NCBI GenBank assembly: GCA_028704635.1
Contig: JAQWFB010000003.1
Location: 56,357-120,356, forward strand
DNA length: 64,000 nt
Direction: 5' to 3'
Source of the DNA: Candidatus Shapirobacteria bacterium
Lineage (GTDB): Bacteria > Patescibacteriota > Microgenomatia > UBA12405
This document shows, in pieces, positions 57,550 through 64,000 of the stretch; the stretch's first letter is position 1; each line of letters opens with the position of its first letter. The notes beneath the pieces were generated by a model. It was not told where the DNA came from and made no database searches. It saw only the letters and a list, made by a program, of their open reading frames with translations. Both the position numbers and the translations under genes were made by a program.

Positions 57550-58164
57550 ATGTTGCCTAAACAAGAAAAAATCAAAAAGAAGCCAGACACCGAACAACCC
57601 GGTCTTTTTGATAAAGAAGACGAAAAAAAACGTCTCGCTAAAAAAAGAAAATTTGTTTACATTGCTATGATTTTAACTGTCGGTCTCAGTTTGTCTTTTT
57701 GGGCCTATCGCTCCATCAAAAACTTTAAAATGCCAACTTTAAATATGCCTGTTTCTTCACCTAAAACTACTTCCATAAAAACCACCAGTAATTTTACTTT
57801 ACCCAAAGATACTAATTCAACCTGGTCTTTTTTCTTAAAAAGAATTGATACCGACTCTGTTATTTTTCAAAATAACCAAGACATTATTTTTTCCACTCAA
57901 GATCTAAATTCTGTTTTGGACAAAATTAATCAAACAGATTTTATTACTTCCAGTTCTTATTCTTCTTATCTCCCTCAAGGTCTAAAAATAAAAGAAATTG
58001 TCGAAGAAAATGATTCTTCTTTTTCCTATTTTTCTACCATCACCACTCCGGCTCAACAATTACTTTTAATTATAAAAATCACTGATTCTAAAGATTTAAC
58101 TCAAGCTAAAAATTCAATTCCAGATTTAATTAATCAACTTTATTGGTATTCTCTCCAAAAATAA
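57550..58164 (+). CDS. Hypothetical membrane-anchored protein
   Basis: 204 aa, one TM, Ser/Thr-rich. Confidence 0.4.
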   Translation: MLPKQEKIKKKPDTEQPGLFDKEDEKKRLAKKRKFVYIAMILTVGLSLSFWAYRSIKNFKMPTLNMPVSSPKTTSIKTTSNFTLPKDTNSTWSFFLKRIDTDSVIFQNNQDIIFSTQDLNSVLDKINQTDFITSSSYSSYLPQGLKIKEIVEENDSSFSYFSTITTPAQQLLLIIKITDSKDLTQAKNSIPDLINQLYWYSLQK

Positions 58165-58167
58165 TTT

Positions 58168-58566
58168 CTAACCTCGCTTATTATTCAACTTTTTATCAAA
58201 ACTAAAAAATTCCATTCCTTCGTATTTTTCCAAAGCCAACAAATAACTGTCAACAAAATGTTGTCCTTTTTCATACCAATTCCACAATCCCAATAATGCT
58301 TTTTCATGTTCCAAAGTCAACCATGGTTGCATTAAAATTAATTGAATGCTTTTAGATATTTCGGTTAATGATTTGTGATAAAAATTTTGCAACACATAAG
58401 CCGTTTCAGCCACAACTATTGGTAATAATATTAACTCTATTTCTCCTTTTTCTGCTTTAATAAACAATTTTTCCACCTCATCTGCCTGACTTTTTATATC
58501 ATTAACCAAAAATCTAACAATAATATTAGTGTCAATAATTATTTTTTTTATATTTTTCGAGCCCAT
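58168..58566 (-). CDS. vapC: PIN-domain toxin (VapC-like)
   Basis: IIIDTNIIV (Asp), VAETAYVL (Glu) and FVDSYL (Asp) acidic PIN residues. 132 aa. Confidence 0.75.
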   Translation of the reverse strand: MGSKNIKKIIIDTNIIVRFLVNDIKSQADEVEKLFIKAEKGEIELILLPIVVAETAYVLQNFYHKSLTEISKSIQLILMQPWLTLEHEKALLGLWNWYEKGQHFVDSYLLALEKYEGMEFFSFDKKLNNKRG

Positions 58567-58796
58567 TTTTTTTCAAATTTTCTTCTTGCCTCAGATAATT
58601 GATTATCAGTTAATTTAATATTAGATTTTAATAAACCTTTTAATAGTCGAAAATCCGTCACCGGTTTAATTCTTAATTCTTCTCCAACCAAAGTTACCAT
58701 TAGTTTTTTAGGCTTAACTTTACCCCAAACACGTGACATATTTACTGGAATACTAATTTGATTTTGACTGGTTAAACTTACTATTTGTTGTGTCAT
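58548..58796 (-). CDS. Antitoxin (SpoVT/AbrB-like, VapB-type)
   Basis: 82 aa, QISIPVNMSRVWG swapped-hairpin-like N-terminus. Overlaps the PIN gene start by 19 nt. Confidence 0.55.
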   Translation of the reverse strand: MTQQIVSLTSQNQISIPVNMSRVWGKVKPKKLMVTLVGEELRIKPVTDFRLLKGLLKSNIKLTDNQLSEARRKFEKKWARKI

Positions 58797-58838
58797 ACCA
58801 TTACTTTATATAATTTACATTACTTTGTCAAGTGTTCA

Positions 58839-60788
58839 TTACTTTTCTTCAAAAATAATTTTATCGTCAGGCAACGAAATCGTTGATCCTGTCCATTGTT
58901 CATCAATTTTATTTTCTAAAATTTTAGTCATAATTCTATTCCAAATTGGCGTTGCTCCACTTACACCCGAAGCCACCCAACTCATTGGAGTTGAATCGTT
59001 ATTTCCCACCCAAGCCGCCACCAAATAATTAGGCGTCCACCCAATACACCAATTATCTTTCAAATTATTTGTCGTTCCAGTTTTTACTGCCACAGTTTTC
59101 CCTTCAATCTTCAATTTTGAACTTAATCCAAAAATAGGCGATCTGGCCTGGTTGTCACTCAAAATACTATCAATTGTTAAAGCTAAATTAGGATCCACAA
59201 TTTGTTCCGATTCTCTTTCTTTTATATAAATATTTTCTCCCAAATAATTATCAATTTTATAAATCGGGTTAATTTCCACCTTCTCTCCTAAATTGGCAAA
59301 CACAGTATATGCCTGAGCCAATTCTGTCATTTTAACTTCACCACTTCCCAATGCCAACGACAACCCATATCTGTTTCTATCTTTCCATGTAGTTATTCCC
59401 ATTTTTTCGGCTAAATCAATCATATTATTTACACCGTTTTCTGCCAATAATTTTACCGACGGCACATTTAAAGATGATGCTAACGCCGTTCTTAATGTTA
59501 CCTTGCCTAAATATTTACCAGTGTAATTTTGTGGTGAATATGGTTTTTGTCCCGGCACATAATAACTCACTGGGCTGTCATCGATATAATCTTCTGGATT
59601 TTTTCCTTTTTCAAATGCCAACAAATAATTAATTGGTTTTATTGACGACCCTGGTTGTCTTAAAGAAGTTGCCACATTCACATTACCATCAATATCAGCC
59701 GCTCCATAATCCTTCGATCCCACCATTGCCAAAATATCACCGTTCTTTACTCCAACCACCAATGCTGCCCCATTTGATATTTTTAAATTTTTCACTTTAT
59801 CAACTTCATCTCTAACCACTTTTTCTGCTTCTTTTTGGATATTCAAATCTAAACTGGTGTAAATATTTAATCCCTGTCTTTCCATATTTATATAGCCATA
59901 CTTATTTTCCAATATATTTTTAATATAAAAAACAAAATGAGGAGCTTCTATTTTTTGTTTTCTTTTTTCAAAAATTAATTTTTGTTCTAGTATTCTTACA
60001 CCCTCTTCCTCAGAAATATATTTTGCCGCCATCATTTCCTCGACCACTCTTTTCTGTCGGAAAATTCCCAATTCTGGATTATTTCCAAAAGGGGAGTAAG
60101 AACTTGGTGCGGCTGGCAGTCCTGCCAAAAAAGTTATTTCACTATCACTCAAATCATCAACATTTACCCCAAAATATTTTTGAGCTGCTTCCTGAATTCC
60201 ATACGCCTCACCACCATAAGAAACTTGGTTAAAATATCTTTCTAAAATTTCATCTTTAGTCCATTTTCTTTCTACTCGTAGAGTCAAAATTGCTTCCTTA
60301 ATTTTTCTTTTAAAAGATTTTTCATTAGTCAGAAACACATTTTTAACCAATTGTTGGGTAATTGTTGAGCCGCCTCGCAATTTATCATCATCAGATTTTT
60401 TAAAGTTATAAATAAATGCTTTTAAAATTCCCTTCAATGATAATCCCTTGTGTCTATAAAAATCTTTATCTTCAATTGATAAAGTTGCTTCAATAAATGT
60501 TTTTGGAATTTTATCTAAACTTATCCAAGTTCTATTTTCTTCTTCATAAAAACTATAAAGCAGATTTCCATTTCGGTCAAAAATTTTAGTTGATAATTTT
60601 GGCGGATTATAAATTAAATTTATATCCGGTATTTCTTTATTTAAAAATTGATAGCCATTATAAGTAAATACAATTAAAATAATTATTACCAAAAAAAACT
60701 TTGTTTTCTTCAAAAACCAAAAAATTGGCCTTCCTATTACTATTAAAAATTTAATTAATTTTTCCAGTAAAATCATCTCATTTAACAA
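58839..60788 (-). CDS. Class A penicillin-binding protein (glycosyltransferase GT51 plus transpeptidase)
   Basis: GT51 motifs (EDKDFYRHKG, GGSTITQQLVKN) and transpeptidase motifs (PGSSIKP as SxxK, KTGTT). Confidence 0.85.
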   Translation of the reverse strand: MLNEMILLEKLIKFLIVIGRPIFWFLKKTKFFLVIIILIVFTYNGYQFLNKEIPDINLIYNPPKLSTKIFDRNGNLLYSFYEEENRTWISLDKIPKTFIEATLSIEDKDFYRHKGLSLKGILKAFIYNFKKSDDDKLRGGSTITQQLVKNVFLTNEKSFKRKIKEAILTLRVERKWTKDEILERYFNQVSYGGEAYGIQEAAQKYFGVNVDDLSDSEITFLAGLPAAPSSYSPFGNNPELGIFRQKRVVEEMMAAKYISEEEGVRILEQKLIFEKRKQKIEAPHFVFYIKNILENKYGYINMERQGLNIYTSLDLNIQKEAEKVVRDEVDKVKNLKISNGAALVVGVKNGDILAMVGSKDYGAADIDGNVNVATSLRQPGSSIKPINYLLAFEKGKNPEDYIDDSPVSYYVPGQKPYSPQNYTGKYLGKVTLRTALASSLNVPSVKLLAENGVNNMIDLAEKMGITTWKDRNRYGLSLALGSGEVKMTELAQAYTVFANLGEKVEINPIYKIDNYLGENIYIKERESEQIVDPNLALTIDSILSDNQARSPIFGLSSKLKIEGKTVAVKTGTTNNLKDNWCIGWTPNYLVAAWVGNNDSTPMSWVASGVSGATPIWNRIMTKILENKIDEQWTGSTISLPDDKIIFEEK

Positions 60789-62961
60789 AGGCAGATGATG
60801 TATTAGGACTTGTATCTCCTACTAATGGGCAATCTAAACACACTTTAACTCCACTGACATCAGTCACCACTATGTGGTCCTGCCACTCCGCATTTGGTGT
60901 CTCTTCATTATCTTTCACAATTCTACCAGTATCTTTATTAATCAATACATTCATTCTCAAATTTGTTGCCACTGGTAAAAATTTTTTATTAAAATATTCA
61001 TAATGAGAGTCGCACCCGCCTTCTGGAACCGCTCCACCAGTCAAATTACAAACATTCATACCAATCACATCAGTTGGCATCACTGGTTTTTTAACAGTTT
61101 TATCTTTCAATAATTCAGTCATTATTTTATTCCAAATTGGCGCTGCTCCACTTATTCCCGAAACCACCCCACTCATTTTTGAATTATCATTATTTCCCAC
61201 CCAAGTTCCTACTACATAATCAGCCGTATAACCATAAGTCCAATTATCTCGTAAATCATTTGTTGTTCCAGTTTTTACCGCCACCTCTGGATGGTTTTTG
61301 ATATTTAACAGTGACCCTCTTCCAAAAACCATACCTCTCGCCCCATCATCAGATAATATATTTTGAATAATATAAGCTGTTTCTCTCGACAACACTCTTT
61401 CTCCAGGTGATTCTTCAAATTCTTCCAAAGTTTTTCCATCCTTATCTTCAATTTTTAATATTGGTGTCAAAGTTTGTTTAACTCCCATATTTGCTAAAAC
61501 ACCATAAGCGGTGGCCATATCTGTCATGTAAACTTCACCTCCACCTAAAGTCAATGATAATCCATAATTAGACGGATCAATAAAAGTAGTTATTCCCATT
61601 GCCGATGCCGATGCTATAAAAGTTTCTACTCCATTTAATTTCAAGACTTTCACTGCTCCAATATTTAAAGAATTAGCCAAAGAATTCCTGATGGTTTGCA
61701 GTCCATGATAAGCCCCGCCATAATTTGTTGGACAATACGGCTTCTGGTTTTCTAAACCAAAACAAGTTGGATCATCATCAACTATTGACGCCGCTGTTAT
61801 TTTTCCTAACTCCAATGCTGTTGCATAATTTAAAGGTTTTATTGACGACCCTGGCTGTCTTAATGCTGTTGCCACGTTATATTTACCATCTATATCATTA
61901 GAAAAATAATCAATCGATCCCACCATTGCTAAAATTTGTCCTGTTCCTGGTTCAGTCACCAAAGCTGCGCCATTTGTTACATTTGATTTTTTCAATTTCG
62001 CCACTTCAGAAGCTACCACTACTTCTGTCATATTTTGCATATCCAAATCTAATGTTGTAGTAATTTTCAACCCTCCCTCAGTCAATTTTTTCAAACCATA
62101 TTCTTCCGTCAATCGTTCTTTAACATAAAAAACAAAATGAGGTGCCAAAATTCCATTTTTATCCAAAAAATAATTTAATTTTTCTGCTTTTGCTGCTTCC
62201 ATCTCCTCTTTAGTAATAAAACCAACTTCATTCATTCTCGTCAAAACCAATTCTTGTCTAGCCTTAGCTGCTACCGGATGACTAAACGGATTGTATTTTG
62301 TTGGCGATGCTGGCAATCCAGCAATCAATGCCGCCTCAGCTAAATCCAAATCTTTTATATCCTTATTAAAAAATTCTCTTGCTGCTGATTTTGCTCCCCA
62401 TAAGGTTCCGCCATATGGCGTTTGATTAAAATACATTTCCAAAATTTGATCCTTACTATAAAGTGCCTCTGTTGCCACAGTTAATATCGCTTCTTTAATT
62501 TTTCTAGATATTGTTCTTTCTTGTGTTAATAATGCATTTTTAACCAATTGTTGGGTTAAAGTTGATCCTCCCTGCAATCGTTTTTCCACTATAGTTCTAT
62601 AAAGACCTCTCAAAATTCCTCTAAAATCAAAGCCATTATGTTTATAAAAATTAACATCCTCAATTGCTAAAGTCGCTTTTCTTAAATTATCTGGCACCTC
62701 CGCAAGTTTAACGGGAGTCCTTTTTTTATCTAAATAAATTTCAAATAATAATCGACCTTTTCGATCTAATATTTGCGAAGATTGAGGATAACTGCCATTG
62801 CTTAATTGAGTTGGGTTAGGTATTTCTTTAACAATATAAAAAATTACCAATACTAATAATACTAATATCAATACCAATATCCCAATCCCTTTTTTTAAAA
62901 AAGACTTCTTAATTCCTTTCATTATATTCCCTATTTTTTTGATTCCAGTTTTCCAACTCAT
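60778..62961 (-). CDS. Class A penicillin-binding protein, second tandem paralog
   Basis: EDVNFYKHNG, GGSTLTQQLVKN, PGSSIKP, KTGTT. 727 aa. 11-nt overlap with the downstream PBP gene. Confidence 0.85.
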   Translation of the reverse strand: MSWKTGIKKIGNIMKGIKKSFLKKGIGILVLILVLLVLVIFYIVKEIPNPTQLSNGSYPQSSQILDRKGRLLFEIYLDKKRTPVKLAEVPDNLRKATLAIEDVNFYKHNGFDFRGILRGLYRTIVEKRLQGGSTLTQQLVKNALLTQERTISRKIKEAILTVATEALYSKDQILEMYFNQTPYGGTLWGAKSAAREFFNKDIKDLDLAEAALIAGLPASPTKYNPFSHPVAAKARQELVLTRMNEVGFITKEEMEAAKAEKLNYFLDKNGILAPHFVFYVKERLTEEYGLKKLTEGGLKITTTLDLDMQNMTEVVVASEVAKLKKSNVTNGAALVTEPGTGQILAMVGSIDYFSNDIDGKYNVATALRQPGSSIKPLNYATALELGKITAASIVDDDPTCFGLENQKPYCPTNYGGAYHGLQTIRNSLANSLNIGAVKVLKLNGVETFIASASAMGITTFIDPSNYGLSLTLGGGEVYMTDMATAYGVLANMGVKQTLTPILKIEDKDGKTLEEFEESPGERVLSRETAYIIQNILSDDGARGMVFGRGSLLNIKNHPEVAVKTGTTNDLRDNWTYGYTADYVVGTWVGNNDNSKMSGVVSGISGAAPIWNKIMTELLKDKTVKKPVMPTDVIGMNVCNLTGGAVPEGGCDSHYEYFNKKFLPVATNLRMNVLINKDTGRIVKDNEETPNAEWQDHIVVTDVSGVKVCLDCPLVGDTSPNTSSAFVK

Positions 62962-63532
62962 TTATAATTTTATCTACTTTTTCATTTTTGTAATTGAATG
63001 ATTTTACTATATCTTCATAAGCTAAACCAGCCTGATCAATTTGTTGATTAGTTTTAAAAAATTCAACATCCTTTTGATTTTTTTCAAAAAGATTCTTTTT
63101 AGCTTCTTCTAAATTACAAATTGAATCATCCAATGTTTTTAAAATTAAGTCATCACTTTTTTTATCCTTAATCAAATTTACCACTTCGAACATCCTTTTA
63201 TCCGCCATTAGTAAATATACTTCAGCCTTTTCTTTTGGTGTTCGACTCAATAAAATCCATAACTCATCTCGAAATTTTTTTAACGAATACCTTATATCTC
63301 CTGGTTCAATATTACTTTCAGGAACCTTATAAATTTTTAAAATTTTTTCCCCATTTCCAATTTCCTTTACATATTCAATCGGAATATTTCTTAACCTATT
63401 AGATCTCATATCGCTCATCATTTTTTCAAATCCCGCCGATACCAAAGACCAAAACAAAATCATTAAACTGATTATTAATAAAAAAAACCGGCCACACCAT
63501 TTTATAGTTTTTTCTTTTGGCCGGGAAATCAT
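62909..63532 (-). CDS. Hypothetical membrane-anchored protein
   Basis: 207 aa, one N-terminal TM, coiled-coil-like C-terminus. Overlaps the PBP start by 53 nt, so one of the two starts is probably internal. Confidence 0.35.
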   Translation of the reverse strand: MISRPKEKTIKWCGRFFLLIISLMILFWSLVSAGFEKMMSDMRSNRLRNIPIEYVKEIGNGEKILKIYKVPESNIEPGDIRYSLKKFRDELWILLSRTPKEKAEVYLLMADKRMFEVVNLIKDKKSDDLILKTLDDSICNLEEAKKNLFEKNQKDVEFFKTNQQIDQAGLAYEDIVKSFNYKNEKVDKIINELENWNQKNREYNERN

Positions 63533-63547
63533 TCTTTATTTTATCAT

Positions 63548-63958
63548 TCAATGGTGAAAAAAAGCTTTATGCAATCCAACTTTCTCATTTTTTATTTTTT
63601 TCTTCATATATAAAAATTGCAGCCAAAACATCAACCAATTAATTATCCTTTCTGATAAAGCCTCCCTGTCAAGGGAGGTCCCCCGATTTATCGGGGGGGA
63701 GGGTTTTTTCAAACTATAACCAGTAGCAATGTACTTTTTTGCCCAATCATTAGCCAAAATAAATTTTTCATAAGTTTTATTCTTGTTTATCAGCGGTTTC
63801 ATTAATATTAAATCAACCGCATTTTTTAAATGTTGTTTTTCTTTGTCCAATTCCAATGACTTTTCATCCAACCATAAGTTAAAACAAAACTCATCTGTTT
63901 TTTCTTTTTTTCCAAATTTACGATGGGGGATTTTATTAACCATAATAAAAAGTCTCAA
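63548..63958 (-). CDS. Hypothetical protein carrying an in-frame repeat-derived insert
   Basis: 136 aa. It contains KPSPPINRGTSLDREA, encoded by repeat copy 4 in antisense. Confidence 0.3.
   Translation of the reverse strand: MRLFIMVNKIPHRKFGKKEKTDEFCFNLWLDEKSLELDKEKQHLKNAVDLILMKPLINKNKTYEKFILANDWAKKYIATGYSLKKPSPPINRGTSLDREALSERIINWLMFWLQFLYMKKKIKNEKVGLHKAFFHH
63660..63708 (+). repeat. Copy 4 of the dispersed structured repeat, inside a minus-strand ORF in antisense and in frame
   Basis: gcctCCCTGTCAAGGGAGGTCCCCCGAtttaTCGGGGGGGAGGGTTTTTT. Confidence 0.6.
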
Positions 63959-64000
63959 CTTTAGTCTTATCAGCCATAATTTATTTATTTTTGTAATTAT

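Overview
This window is AT-rich with compact genes, and the gene content looks like a reduced-genome Patescibacteria/CPR-like bacterium. That assignment is inferred from gene content only. Core genes present: groES-groEL, enolase, cofactor-independent phosphoglycerate mutase (iPGM), a split transketolase, class II aldolase, a PfkB kinase, two tandem class-A penicillin-binding proteins (PBPs), two tandem Asp/Asn-tRNA synthetase paralogs, U32 peptidase, ABC-F, and a two-component system next to a MacAB-like efflux module. I identified four tRNA genes: tRNA-Ser(GCT) on the minus strand, a tRNA I read as Arg(GCG), tRNA-Ser(CGA) and tRNA-Cys(GCA). Two regions look accessory. The first (15.3-27.0 kb) holds a 1958-aa STAND/NACHT-type P-loop NTPase with an N-terminal Mrr-like PD-(D/E)xK-type motif and a long C-terminal helical-repeat region, which I interpret as Avs-like antiviral. 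Next to it are an orphan phage terminase small-subunit gene, an alpha/beta hydrolase, an HD-domain protein, small ORFs, two candidate small structured RNAs, and a large serine recombinase whose 3' end overlaps the tRNA-Ser(GCT) gene. The second region flanks tRNA-Cys: an uncharacterised 1004-aa helical-repeat protein translationally coupled to a 251-aa C-terminally membrane-anchored protein on one side. On the other side sits a tandem array of three small gene cassettes, each bounded by about 15-bp inverted repeats with homologous promoter-like and hairpin modules. A dispersed structured repeat family of about 45 nt (core CCCTGTCAAGGGAG, a covarying GC hairpin, GGAGGGTTTT) occurs four times. 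Two of those copies sit in-frame inside minus-strand CDSs and encode a GTSLDREA peptide. A VapBC-like toxin-antitoxin pair and an ECF sigma with its putative anti-sigma partner are also present. I found no CRISPR array and no rRNA.
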